A stretch of 64,000 nucleotides of DNA from the human T2T-CHM13v2.0 reference genome, Homo sapiens. How positions within the stretch are numbered: position 1 is the stretch's first letter; each line of letters opens with the position of its first letter. A program made the position numbers and the translations under genes. The notes under the pieces are model-generated. The model was given only the letters and a program-made list of their open reading frames with translations, searched no databases and had not been told where the DNA came from. The stretch is from assembly GCF_009914755.1 (NCBI RefSeq), contig NC_060932.1; one strand, written 5' to 3'. Of this stretch, positions 1 to 13,885 are shown piece by piece.

Positions 1-1744
1 GTGTCATATCTGTCAAGTGCTATAATTTATCATTTTAATATGCATGCTAGAATTGTTTAATTGAGACAAGGTATGGACACATCTGAGCATAGAGAGAAAG
101 AGCATTCAAAAATCTATGATTTTTTGAAGGTAACCAAGGCCTGCATAATGTCTGGAAAGATAAGTATGTGAGCCAATAAGTGAAGTGTGTGCAGGGTGTT
201 CTGAGCAGAAACAAAAAAAAATAGCCTGGGTTAAGACTGGGTAATTCAAATAATACAGTATATGTATTAACAAAAGTTTGATATGCATTAATAGTGTTAA
301 TTCAATTGTTTTATAAATTGAAGTAAACCCTGGCTAGAAATGAAGCTGGAGGGATAGGTAGTTTGTACAGGTTGTGTATGCTACACTAAGCTAAAATGGG
401 GGTGATAAAATATTACTGCTTAATGTCTAAAAGCATCTATAGTATTGCTAATCTGTTGAAACTTTCCTGTTAATACAGTAAAAGTGATTTATACCTTCCT
501 GGATAAAATATGTAAAATGACTAGAAAATTAATAAATTATTGTTTATATCTAGCCGAATCTGAATATTCATTGTAAGTTTCTTTATTTTGAAGATTATAT
601 TTAAATAATAAACTGATTTGTGTTATTCTCTAGATTAGGATTTTGAACATTTACAACTGCTTAGAAGGTAGAGAGATACTCATGATTTAGCTAAAAAGTC
701 ACTTGTGGATTAGGGTGTTTCCATGACTAACTAGGTTGACTTTATGGGCCTCTAAAGACAAAAGATTCGAATTTGACCAAAAGACAAAGGTCAAGGTCTT
801 TGCAGGTATGACATTTCCTCGTATTCTGTTTTTTGAAATATAGTAACTCTCATTTATTCTTAGAAGTATTTAAGAATGAAAATCCATTAACTTTTTATGA
901 ACCTAACCTAAATTTATTCCTAGCAAACTGTTTAATAAATGGAATTTTATAACATAATCTTATCTTACTAAAATCCAACTGTTTTGCCAGAAGCATAATT
1001 GACTTGATTCTAAATTGTAAGCTCTCTATTAAATTTCATGATACTGCCACTTAGATTTTTAAAGCTTAGTAGTTGAAAATAACCCCTAAACTTAAAAAAA
1101 AAAAAAAAAACTAAAGTAATTTAATGCTCTCAAGGATAAATTTCTAATAAACATGTTTGACAGAGAACTAAATAGAATGGCAAATAGTAAAACTATCCTT
1201 TTATATGTCATTATTTTAAAAAGACAAAGATTATATAAGTCATGCATAATATTTGCAAGGGTGTATTTTGCATTTTATGTTACCTATTGTTTTAATATAC
1301 ATTCTTGTTTAAGCAATGTTTTTTGTTCTAAATTATATTTTCTCATATCCATTTAAATCTAAGTGGAATCACAGCTAACAGTTCTAAATTAAATTTCTAA
1401 AATGTATACAGTTCTCAAATGTAAGACATTTAAATACATTTTTTATAGTAAGTGCTTCGTTAAATTATTGGTCTTTACTATTTCTCATGTAATTTTGTAG
1501 GGTGAGATAATCCATGTAAAATAGCTGTGAATGGCACATATAAATAACTTAATAAATGTTTCTTAGTAGTAGTAGTGTTATTAGCCACATTTTTATATTT
1601 CTGAATTAAAATGTGAGAATGATTTATTAGCAAATTTGCTAAATGTGAGCATTTTTTCTATAATGTTTTAATTAGTAATACACATCGACAATCATAGAAT
1701 AGTAAGTACCTTGTGTTTGAAGTGGTTTTCAATGTATATTCTTT

Positions 1745-2745
1745 ATTTGCAAATACTTCATCCAACAGTGAACTAATATGTCCAGAATACAAAACGAACT
1801 CAAACAACACAACAGGAGAAACATGAATAATTTCATGAAAACATGGGCAAAGGACACAAATAGACATTTCTCAAAAGAAGACATACAAACTGCTAACAGG
1901 TATATGAAAAAAATTTCAACATCACTAATAATCAGAGAAATACAAATGAAAATTCCAATGAGATATCACTTGTCCCAATCAGAATTATTATTGTTAAAAA
2001 GGCAAATAGTATCAGATGTGCAATGATGTGGAGAAATGGGAACTCTTATACGCTGTTGGTAGGAATGGGTACTAGTACAGCCACTATAGAAAACAGTATG
2101 GAGCTTTCTTAAAAAACTAAAAATAGAATTACCATTCCACAGAAATTCCAGTACAGAAATTTCTTTTTACAGAAAGAAAAAGAAATCAATATATCAAAGG
2201 AATTCCTGCACTAACATGGTTACTGCAGCACTATTCACAATAGCAAATATATGGAATTAACCAAAGTGTCCATCAACAGATGAACAGATAAAGAAAATAC
2301 ACACAATGGAATACTATTTGACCATAAAAAAGAGTTAAGTCATGCCATTTGCAGCAACATCGATGGAAGTGGAGGTCAGTATCTTAAGTGAAATAAACCA
2401 AGCACAAATAGACAAATATTGCATCTTTTTACTTATATGTGGGATCTAAGATATTTGATCAAATGAGGTAGATGGTGGGAAGATAGAAAACAGAAACTTG
2501 GAAGGGTGAATGGGGAAGAAGGGGAGGGTGAAGAGAAGTGGGTTAAAGGGTACAAACTTAAGTTAGATAGAAGGAATAAATTCAATGTTTGATAACCGAG
2601 TAGGATGAATATAGTTAACAAAGTTGTATTGTACCCAGATGATGGCCACCCTAAATATCTGACTCAATCACTACATATTTTATACAAGTTGCAAGATTTC
2701 ACACGTATCTCATGAATTTGCACAAATAAAAAATAAAGAAAATGC
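1745..2745 (+). mobile_element. LINE-1 3' end, old L1MA-type, 5'-truncated
   Basis: Degenerate ORF2 C-terminus ([28 protein letters not shown]), L1MA-like 3' UTR, then AATAAA and an A-rich end near 2725-2745. Confidence 0.8.
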
Positions 2746-4065
2746 AAAACTATACAAAAAGACTATAATTTTATTGATTATATAACTGTTCCTGATAATT
2801 ATATTGTCTAACTGATACATGCCGAAATTATTTAGCTCATCCCAGATCTTAAGATAATCATTATAAATGATATATTAAATAATACATACATATAATTACA
2901 TATACATATACATTCCTCTAAATGCTTGAACTATATTACCATATTTCCATAATAAATGATTCCTAAGATGGTAAGATATTCCATGGTAGGTTCTCATATA
3001 CTCTTTCACCTATAAAAAGTGACTATGCATCTGTCAAAGAAAAGTTTAAAAGGATTCTATATTACAAAATAACTTTTATCAGAAACTAGAATGCATTTAG
3101 AATATTGTTTGGCAGGTCTAGAAAGACTTAAGAGCACTCCCCACCCTTTGTTCCACAGAACACATATCTCATCAATTGCACCTTGATCAAATTTTGACAA
3201 ATGGTTATACGACTATTAAACTTAGTATAAGTTAATATTTTTTCAATTTTATTGTTTCTCAGAAGAACTTTTTACTCATTTGGCTCTTTATAACATTAAA
3301 ACATATAAAACCTAAGTTCTGTGAAACAAACTTTGGGAAATTCAAGTGTATGGTAGAAATTCAGAAATTCAAGTGTATGGCAGACATAATAAGGAAAACT
3401 AGAGATATATGCAACTAGATATTCATTAGAAAATTTTTCTGCAGAAATTTAATAGTTCACAGATTCGACTGCAAGAAGTTTCAGAGTAAAGGGTCTCCAA
3501 TACATAATTAAAGGCCCTTAAACTCTAGCAATATTTAAGAAACAGGAATATCAACTTCCACAGTTTTAAAGTAAATGGGCTAAAGAAGGCTAAAATACAC
3601 TTTGAAAATGGAGAAATTCATCTCTGAAGATCCCAGACTGACTTACTTTAATTAATTGTTTATTCCACATTTGAGATATTAAGTAGAACTTCATGATAGT
3701 TCTATGCCACTAATGGAAAAAATGTGGCATATGCATAGCTTTTATAGTCAAGAGGTCACCCATTCCTTTGGATATAATTTGATCCAATAAAAAATTCAGA
3801 TATATTTTATACGTGATATTATATAGGGAATCAACAGAACCCTGAATGAAAGAATAAAATAATTAGTTTTTAGGAGTTAGGGCAAAAGCTATCATGAATT
3901 TTAGTCCTTTTACTACAATTAATGCTGGAATCCAAGATAATTGCAAAATATAAATGTCAAAATGGTTTGTAAAATAAATGTGTTTAATACATATATCAAA
4001 AAGATTTTATTTAATTCTTTTGAGTAGCTTTTTAAAATTAACAATTTAATAAAATTTTTAGCACC

Positions 4066-4092
4066 TGTTATGATTTGCCTCTGTGTTCCCAC

Positions 4093-4099
<7 letters not shown>
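4066..4099 (+). mobile_element. Stub of the THE1A 5' LTR (first ~34 bp)
   Basis: tgttatgatttgcctctgtgttcccacccaaatc matches the start of the LTR at 7199. It is preceded by gcacc (4061-4065), which matches gaacc (7615-7619) after the 3' LTR at 4 of 5 bases, as expected for a 5-bp TSD. Confidence 0.75.
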
Positions 4100-5909
<1,810 letters not shown>

Positions 5910-7198
5910 CTGGTGGCATTGTGCACCTGCCCTAGAGATGTGTGGAACTTTGCACTTCAGAGGGATATTTTAGGGTATCTGGTAGAAGAAATTTCTAAGC
6001 AGCAAATCATCCAAGAGGTGGCTTGGGTGCTGTTAAAAGTATTCTGTTTTAAAACGGAAACAGAGCAAAAAAGTTCAGAAAATTTGCAGCCTGATGACGC
6101 AGTAGAAAACAAAAACCCATTTTTTGGGGAGAAATTCAAGCTGGCTGCAGAAATTTGCTAAGTAACAAGGCACTTAATGTTAATCCCCAAGACAATGGGG
6201 AAAATATCTCCAGGGCACGTCACAGGTCTTTATGGCAGCCCGTCCCATTACAGACCTGGAAGCCTAGGAGAAAAAAACGGTTTCTTTGACTGGGCCCAGG
6301 GTCCTCATGCTGTATGCAGCCTAGGGACTTGGTGCTCTGCGTCCCAGCTGCTCCACCTGTTGCTAAAAGGGGCCAAGGTACAGCTCGGGCCATGGTTTCA
6401 GAGGGTGCAAGCCCCAAACCTTGGCAGCTTACACGTGATGTTGAGCCTGCGGGTGAACAGAAGCCAAGAATTAAGATTTGGGGACCTCCATCTATATTTC
6501 AGAAGATGTATGGAAATGCCTGGATGCCTAGGCAAAAGTTTGCTGCAGGGGTGGGGCCCTCATGGATAACTTACGCTAGGGCAGTGTGGAAGGGAAATGT
6601 GGGATTGGAGCCCTCACACAGAGTCCCTACTGGGGCACCACTTAGTGAGCTGTGAGAAGAGGGCCACCATCATCCAGACCACAGAATGGTAGATCCACCT
6701 ATAACTTGTACCATGTGCCTGGAAAAGCTGCAGACCCTCAATGCCAGCCAGTGAAAGCAACCAGAAGTGGTGCTATACCCTGCAAAGCCACAGGGTCAGA
6801 GCTGCCCAAAACTATGGCAACCTGCCTCTTTCATCAGCTTGACCTGGATGTGAGACATGGAGTCAAACGAGATCATTTTCGAACTTTCAAATTTGACTGC
6901 CCCACAGGATTTCAGACTTGCATGGGCCTTGTAACCCCTTTGTTATGGACAATTTCTCCCATTTGGAATGGCTGTATTTTTTCAATACCTGTACCCCCAT
7001 TGTATCTAGGAAATAACTAGCTTGCTTTTGATTTTATGGGCTCATAGGTGCAAGCGACTTACCTTGTTTCAGATGTGACTTTGGACTGTGGACTTCTGGG
7101 TTAATGCTGAAATGAGTTAAGACTTTGGGGGATGCTTGGGAAGGCAGGATTGATTTTGAAATATGAGGATGTGAGATTCGGAGGGGCAAAGGGCAGAA
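5910..7198 (+). mobile_element. THE1A internal sequence (ERVL-MaLR), missing its 5' part
   Basis: Typical THE1-int text (gggtatctggtagaagaaatttctaagcagcaaa; gagacatggagtcaaa; purine-rich ggaggggcaaagggcagaa before the LTR). It is colinear with the second THE1 at 58929-60168. Confidence 0.88.
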
Positions 7199-7614
7199 TG
7201 ATATGGTTTGTCTCTGTGTCTTCACCCAAATCTCACCTTGAATTGTACTCCCATAATTCCCATGTATTGTGGGAGGGACCCAGTGGGGGATAATTTAAAT
7301 CATGGGAGCAGTTTCCCCCATACTGTTCTTGTGGTAGTGAATAAGTCTTATGAGATTTAATGGTTTTATCAGGGGTTTCTGCTTTTGCAATTTCATTTTT
7401 CTCTTGCCAGCACCATGTAAGAAGTGTGTTTGGGGTTTCTGCTTTTGCAATTTCATTTTTCTCTTGCCAGCACCATGTAAGAAATGTGTTTTGCCTTCTG
7501 CCATGATTCTGAGGCCTCCCCAGCCATGTGGAACAACTGTAAGTCCAATTAAACCTCCTTTTTTCCCCAGTATTGGGTATGTCTTTATCAGCAGCATTAA
7601 AATGGACTAATACA
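7199..7614 (+). mobile_element. THE1A 3' LTR containing a 60-bp tandem duplication
   Basis: TGATATGGTTTG...GGACTAATACA termini. Length is 416 bp, or 356 bp without the duplication. It carries the THE1A-like ttatcaggggtttc..cttttgc segment. Confidence 0.88.
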
Positions 7615-7717
7615 GAACCTATTCAATTACATCTAAAATATTTTATTGAAATAATATCTAATACGGAACATATTTCCACAAATCTGGAACTATTTTCATT
7701 CTACTTATATATTGTAA

Positions 7718-8075
7718 AACATATTGAAGTAGAGAGTAGAATGATTGTTACCAGAGGCTGGGAAGGGTAGTGGGGAAGGAGGAATAAACAGGGGTTGGTT
7801 CATGGGTAAAAATGTAGTTAGACAGAAGGAATAAGATTTAATGTTCAATAGCATAATAGGGATAATATAGTTAACAATAATTTATTGTATATAAATTCTA
7901 AAATAACTAGTGAAGTGAATTTGCAATGTTTCCAACACAAAGAGAAGATAAATGTTTGAGGTGATAGATATCCCAATTACTCTTATTTGATCATTACACC
8001 TTGTATGATTGTATGAAAATACCACATATACCCTATAAATATGTATAATTATTATAAAAATTAAAATAAAACAAA
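7718..8075 (+). mobile_element. L1MA-type 3' UTR fragment
   Basis: agagagtagaatgattgttaccagaggctgggaagggtag ... ttgatcattacacc ... ccctataaatatgtataattatt followed by an A-rich end. Confidence 0.75.
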
Positions 8076-8245
8076 TTTTGTTTAAATAAAACATTTTCTT
8101 GATTATTGAGATCCCACTCATGGGATATGTGAACTTAAGTGACTTCTAACTTCACATTTTAAGTTAGTTTCCTTTGTCTAACGCTAAACATTTTGAATAC
8201 ATTAAAAAAAAACCTCAGCTCTAATAAAATTAGCAGGATTATGTA

Positions 8246-8606
8246 CTATAGGGTCCCCTTGTTATCGGTGACTTTGTTTTTTGCGGTTTCAGTTACCATT
8301 GATAACCAAGATCGGAAAATATTAATTTAAAAATTCCAGAAATAAACAATTCATAGGTTTAAACTACAGGCCACACTAAGCAGCATGATAAAATCTATGA
8401 GCACTCTATTCTGTTCTGCCCCACCCATCCCTTTGCCAAGCTGTATATGCTACCTGCCTATTAGATACTTATTTGTGGTCTCAGTTATCAGACTGAGAAA
8501 ACATACTACTGTATATATGGTTTGGTACTATCCACAATTTCAGGCATCCACTGGAAGCCTTGGAGTGTATCCCTCACAGATAAAGGACAATGGGACTATT
8601 CTACTG
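8246..8606. mobile_element. MER44A-like Tigger-derived MITE
   Basis: Start (gtccccttgttatc..gcggtttcagttacc) and end (caggcatccactgg..gataaagg..ggacta) resemble MER44 terminal inverted repeats; internal aaaattccagaaataaacaattcata. Confidence 0.65.
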
Positions 8607-9294
8607 TCAATGAGTATTTAAGAAATATAGCCTACCCTGATTTAATGGATCTCATTTGTAGTGTTTTCTGATATCTGACAGAATTTCACTAAACTATTAC
8701 ATTGTATTATATGTTGATTAATCTTTTGTATTTAGGATAAACTATCAGGTATAGCTAATACAGAGAAATATTTCTACTTAGAAACATTCATAATGATGTT
8801 TTATATTTTAACTGAATTATTTTCCTGTCTTATAAATTGGTAGCAATTGCCTAGAGCTAAATAAAATATAAGAATAAGTGAAAGTAACAGGTTTTTGAAA
8901 CTTAAGAAGCAAAAGAAATCATAGAAAATGTAAAGAATTTGATAGCGGTCTTTATTAAATATTTTTGTAATTTGACAAAATAAAAGTATACTTTACATTT
9001 CTAAATAAAGCATAAAGTTTTTACATTTTGAAAATCATAATTTCAATATAAAAATTTTAAATGTATAGAATGATTCCAAGCACACAGAATTGTTAAATTA
9101 TTAATATATTGATTTTTTTGCTATTAATGGATACTATATGGAATTTAAGATGAAATATTTGCCTAAAGAATATAAATTTAATGTATCAAGGGATCTAGAA
9201 AATTAATTTTAAACAATATTTTAAATTGATCTGCACTCTAGTATGAAAGTAGAGACTGTATAACTCATTCTGGATAATTTAGCAACACTAAAGG

Positions 9295-9500
9295 AAAAGG
9301 TGAGAACTGGTTCGTGGACCAGTGTGCTTTGGTAAACAATTTCTTACTTGTCCACGATGAAGTATAGAAATCAAGAGTAAGCATTTAAGTACTTTCAAGC
9401 AAATTGACATCAGTGCAACATTTCCTCCATTAGCTTTTATTTTACAAAAGTATTGGTGTGCAATTACAGATACCTATTGGTCTTTCATCATAGACAGTTT
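9295..9500. mobile_element. hAT-Charlie-like DNA transposon remnant
   Basis: tggttcgtggaccag...tccacgatgaagtatagaaatcaagagtaagcattta resembles recalled Charlie/MER5-group consensus. Degraded. Confidence 0.35.
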
Positions 9501-9729
9501 GAAAAATGTAGAGAGTGAATAAGTAGAACTTCTCCTACTTTACCTTCTCCTCTGCAAGTTAAATCAATTTCAATACGCTAAATTGTCTTGAAAGATCTCA
9601 TAGTAGTTACAGCACATTACCTTAACTGAGAATAATGTGTTTGTTCATTAGCTTGATGACCTTTACTCACCTAATAATGATTTTTAAAGAAATATATTTG
9701 TAACATTAAGTCATTAATCACATTCAGCT

Positions 9730-9833
9730 ACACACACACACACACAGAGAGAAAGAGAGAGAGAAAGAAAAAAAGGAAGGAAGCAGGGAGGGAGGGAGGG
9801 AGGGAGGCAGAGAAATAAAGAGAGAGAGAGAGA
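9730..9833. repeat. Compound microsatellite (CA)n/(GA)n/(GGGA)n
   Basis: Read directly from the sequence. Confidence 0.9.
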
Positions 9834-10029
9834 ATGTGTGATTACTTCAACAGCTCTTGCTAAAAGAACAGACCATAAAAATAGCCTTTTTAAAAAAGCA
9901 TATTAACTCCATTATAGAAATTTGTACAAATATACTGTATGTCCCCATAGAATTGAAATGCTTATATATAAAGTACTCTTTTAATCACCATCATGATACT
10001 ATCAATATTGTAATTCATATGTATAGACT

Positions 10030-10165
10030 GTTTATTATGTTAGATCCTATTCTAGGCACTCTATATTATTTTTTTCCTCACAACACTATGAAGTAGGGAG
10101 AATTATTATCTCAATTTTACAGATGAAGACAATGAGATTTAGATACATTAAGTATCTTCTCCAGA
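10030..10165 (-). mobile_element. MIR fragment
   Basis: tcctcacaacactatgaagtagg..attattatctcaattttacagatgaagacaatgag is the MIR core in reverse orientation. Confidence 0.6.
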
Positions 10166-10284
10166 ATAATTCTCTTTGCAGTATACCAGTTGAACAAATA
10201 TCTTTCTTAGCTTTTATTATACACCAGATTAGTTTGGTCTGGTTTAGTCCTCTTTCCAGGGAGAGAAAGATAGAATTTACAATC

Positions 10285-10450
10285 TCAGTAGGCATAAGAA
10301 TCAGTGAGTCTCTTATTACAATGCATATTCCAGGGCTCCACGGCAGAGTCTGACTCAGAATATGTAAGTGGGGCCAAGAATTCTAGATTTTAATACAGTC
10401 TCCAGATAAAGCTGATGCATGTGGTTCAGTGTTGACAATTTGAGAAACAC
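10285..10450. mobile_element. MER5A-like hAT MITE
   Basis: gcataagaatca...aatgcatattccagggctccac...tgactcagaat...ggggccaagaatt...tttgagaaacac. Confidence 0.6.
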
Positions 10451-10629
10451 AGATAAATGAATAACATTAGTAATAAATACGGTCTCATAAATACTAATAC
10501 ACAAGGACAAAGTCTTAGGAAAGTTTTTTAAAAATAGTAAATGATTATATAGAGGAGGATGAAATAAAAAGAAATGAGATTTACACATTAGGATTAGCTT
10601 GAAAAATATTTTTAAAAATACAGGTAAGA

Positions 10630-10765
10630 GACCAGGAGCAGTGGCTCTTGCTTGTAATCCCAGTGCTTTGAGAGATAGAGGCAGGAAAATCGCTAGAAGC
10701 CTGGGGTTTAGGACAAGCCAGGGCAACACAGTGAGACTCCTATCTCAAAAATATAAAAATTAAAT
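10630..10765 (+). mobile_element. Free left Alu monomer (FLAM)
   Basis: A single ~120-bp Alu arm (cagtggctcttgcttgtaatcccag...gggcaacacagtgagactcctatctc) followed directly by an A-rich tail. Confidence 0.8.
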
Positions 10766-11047
10766 TAAATTTAAAAATACAGGCATAATACTTGAGAAGA
10801 TGTCCAGGTTAGTAGATCTATTTTACTGTATCATACACAGGGCAAGAGTTGTAATTTGAGGTAACTGCAGAAAAAAAACTGGATCCAAATGCAGGGGAGT
10901 GGGAGACAGATTTTGTAATTCCAAGATAAGATTTCCGAGCTTCACAATATGCCAGTTGGCCCTGGCAGTATCACTGGCTACAGTTAAATATAGAAATGCT
11001 ACCAGCTACTCCCTCTGGATCATGTTACATAGACTTAAGCATGAAAT

Positions 11048-11660
11048 TGTAGGCCAAATAATGCCCCTCTACCTCCCCAAAAATGTATCTCTGGAACTTG
11101 CACATATGTCATGTTACATGGCCAAAAAGCCTTTGAAGATATGATTAAGGTTAAGGACTTTATGATGCGGAGATTAGCATTCATTAGCCAGATGGGCCCA
11201 AGCCAATCACACGGACTTTAAAAGCTGAGAAATTTCTTCACCTGGAGTATAAGATGTGTGGAGGGAGAAAGTAGCAGACAGATACATCAGAGGGGAAATC
11301 AAAGATTCCAAGGTGAGGAGGATTCTTTTTACCAGTTGCTGGCTCTAAGGTATGAGGCCTCTACGTGAAGAGGAGAGAAAGCCTTAGGAGCTATGGGCAG
11401 CCCCAGCTGACAGCCAGAAGGAAACAGGTATCATGGTCCTACAAACTTGAAGAACTGGATCTTGCTAACAATCAGAATACGCCAGAAAGTAGATTTTCCC
11501 CAAAACCTTTGGATACAAACCCAGCCCACTGAAATTTTTATTTTAGCCTTGTGGGACTCCAAACAGAGAAATCAGCAAAGAACACCAGGACTTTTAACTT
11601 ATAAAACTGAGATAGTTTTTTAAGATTATTTTAAGATGTTAAATTGAAAACTAATATGCA
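11048..11660 (+). mobile_element. MLT1 (D/E-like) solo LTR, ERVL-MaLR
   Basis: tgtaggccaaataatgcccc start, atgttacatggc..gatatgattaaggttaagg, ccccagctgacagccagaaggaaac, and an aaaactaata end. Confidence 0.7.
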
Positions 11661-12713
11661 TTGAACAAGATACTGTGAATCAATACCTGAAGATTTTGCA
11701 GTATGATAACCCATCCTTCAGTACTATCTGAATGTCAAGTATCCTATATTTTAAGTCAGCACATGCCAAACATACATTTAAATGTCAAAAATATATGAAT
11801 CTATTTTACCTTAAGTGAAAAAGATGGACAGAAATTTAGTGTGGTATATGTAGAAACAATTGGGAGCTATGAAAATATTTTTTAGTATGAGTTCATGAAA
11901 CCTGACAGCCAAACCAAAAAACATGCCAACCTCATAATTCACAAGTACATTTTCAATATATTTAGTACTTCCTGAAAGCTTAAACTAATCTAAAAATATC
12001 TTTATATTTTGATGAACAGAATACAGGTTTTTTATTAAGAGCGCTTAGCACAAAATAATTGCATTACTAACTTCTTCTTCAGTATTGCCAAAATTATACC
12101 TTAAAATTAAACTTTGTGGTTATAGTGTTTTAAACTATGAATTAAGTTGCCAGGATAAAGAATATTCAACTATTGTGAGAGCTCCTTAGAAAAACAACGA
12201 TTATTACTATCACCGTGGAGGAAATTAAGTCTTGGAATTTATCCTCCCTTGCTACACAAAAGACAGTTCAGAAAAGTATTAGGTAGAAAATAATGTTCAA
12301 AACTGCTGCTATCTGACATTATTTAGGATATAAAACAGAGAAAGCATTTTACTAAATTATTAGCCAGAGGATTTTTTTTCTAGTGAAAAATACTGTACTA
12401 GAATTAGTGTTTAGTTTAAGACATTCCCTTACATGCAAGATGTTAACATTTATACTGAAACAATTCTATTTACTATGTGATTGTTTTCTTTAAACACATT
12501 ATATTTTGAATTATTATATGGTTTAGAAATTAATTGCCCTTGCTACGGTATTTATGTATCTCTTTATGATAATGTTAGACCTGATGTGATAAATTCTGTA
12601 ATATGGTCCTGGGGAGATGAATTGAAATCTGATACACTATCCCTATGGGGAAGAAAAGGACTCTTTCCTAAATTAGATGGAAATTTTATTGTCAAATCAC
12701 ATAGATAAGAAAT

Positions 12714-13065
12714 GATAAGTCCATGATTTCTATCTGAAACCTTCAAGAACAAATTATTTTTGCCATCAGAATTATTTTTGCTAGCACATTTTTTAAAAAG
12801 CAAAACATGTAGATTCTGTGCCTTTAAACACTCTGAGTAGAGCCTGGGCACCATCCCATTATCAAACGATATTTTCCTAGTGATATGTATGAGTATCCAC
12901 ACTAAGCGTGATAAATAAAGATCATAAATGTCCTCTATTCATTTGGCATCAGGTTTTGATGCCAACTGAGTTTGTACCAAACTTCTAGGAAAAAGAAAAA
13001 ACACAACCTTCAGTTTTGAGAAATATTTAGTTGTCCTCTTCCTGGTTTAAGGGATTATTGATCTT
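12714..13065. mobile_element. MER46C-like Tigger-derived element
   Basis: gtatgagtatccacactaagcgtgataaataaagatcataaat...tcaggttttgatgccaactgagttt...taagggattattg matches the recalled MER46C consensus. Confidence 0.6.
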
Positions 13066-13390
13066 ATTCCTGGAAAGGCTGTTTCAGGAGTAGATGTCAA
13101 CTCTTGTCTCTTTCTGAACTTCTTCTCTTGACTCTAACTTTCAGAGAAGACAGATTACTAGTTTACTTTCTGGTAGACTGGCACAGCACAAGGGACTGTA
13201 GGGTAGGGTCTGTGATGCCTGACACACAAATCAGGTCTAGAGTCCTATTACTCTCACATTTAATTCCGTTTTGTTAATTCGTAACCCTGTAGCAATTTAA
13301 TGGTCTCACATAGTGATATAAAATATTAAAACCCACTAAGTATAGCATTTTACTATACATTAATGATTAATAACAAGATAAATTTCAGGA

Positions 13391-13427
13391 CAAGATTTGA
13401 GACAACATGATGTTGTCTCAAATGTTG
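13391..13427. repeat. Near-perfect palindrome (hairpin/cruciform)
   Basis: caa g atttgagacaacat g atgttgtctcaaat g ttg. Perfect 14-bp arms (13395-13408 and 13410-13423), extending to 18 bp with one mismatch. Confidence 0.9.
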
Positions 13428-13503
13428 ATTCTTCTTTCCTACTTGAAAAATTTTGTTAGATTACATTAAGGGCAGTGGTTTGTTTGCCACTACCATCACT
13501 TAC

Positions 13504-13616
13504 CTTCGTAATATACCTTAAATCCATGAGCACTAACTGCAAAATCACTGGTCAAACGTAGTGAGAACACAGATTTGGTACTTGTCACTGGAGGTGGCAG
13601 ATGGAATCCTGTTAAC
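13504..13616 (-). CDS. CSMD3: CSMD3 coding exon (exon 3 of the canonical transcript), C-terminal part of CUB domain 1
   Basis: Minus strand reads CCATTTTGTTTTAG|GTTAACAGGA...TACGAAG|GTAAGT. Length 113 nt, phase 2 to phase 1. Translation (R)LTGFHLPPPVTSTKSVFSLRLTSDFAVSAHGFKVYYE has the CUB C-terminal TSD...GF motif and continues the 49483-49705 exon in frame (AG+G = Arg). Confidence 0.95.
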
Positions 13617-13707
13617 CTAAAACAAAATGGAATTAATTGTTAGAGACATAATCATTTTATCTAAGAGTTTTTAAGAAGGATTAAAGTCATATTTAAAAAA
13701 AATAATA

Positions 13708-13885
13708 AAACAGATTTTCTCCTATAATTTCCAGAAGGAATGCTATCCAGCCAACACCTTGATTTCAGCCCAGTTAAACTCATTTTGGACTTCAGCCCTC
13801 CAGACTGCAAGATAATACATTTGTGTTGTTTAAGCTACTAAGTTTGTGGCAATTTGTTGTAGCAGGAATGGACAACTGATATACA
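13708..13885 (+). mobile_element. MLT1 LTR 3' fragment
   Basis: ccagccaacaccttgatttcagcccagt...catttgtgttgtttaagctactaagtttgtggcaatttgttgtagcag...aactgatataca. Confidence 0.75.

Noticed and set aside
1094-1110. Isolated A17 run as a retrocopy tail
   Set aside because: No recognisable upstream element body and no convincing TSD.
3337-3380. Direct repeat gaaattcaagtgtatgg x2 (similar pairs at 5198-5227 and 47761-47809) as a CRISPR-like or regulatory array
   Set aside because: Only two copies each, with no repeat-spacer series. These are ordinary slippage duplications in a eukaryotic intron.
5913-7610. Cluster of 60-130-aa ORFs (similar ones at 58901-60425)
   Set aside because: All fall within THE1 internal or LTR sequence. 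They are broken relic or chance frames, and the repeated peptide in 7295-7610 just reflects the 60-bp duplication.
12944-12966. Palindrome ttggcatca-ggttt-tgatgccaa
   Set aside because: Short 9-bp arms inside a MER46C-like transposon remnant; no reason to infer function.
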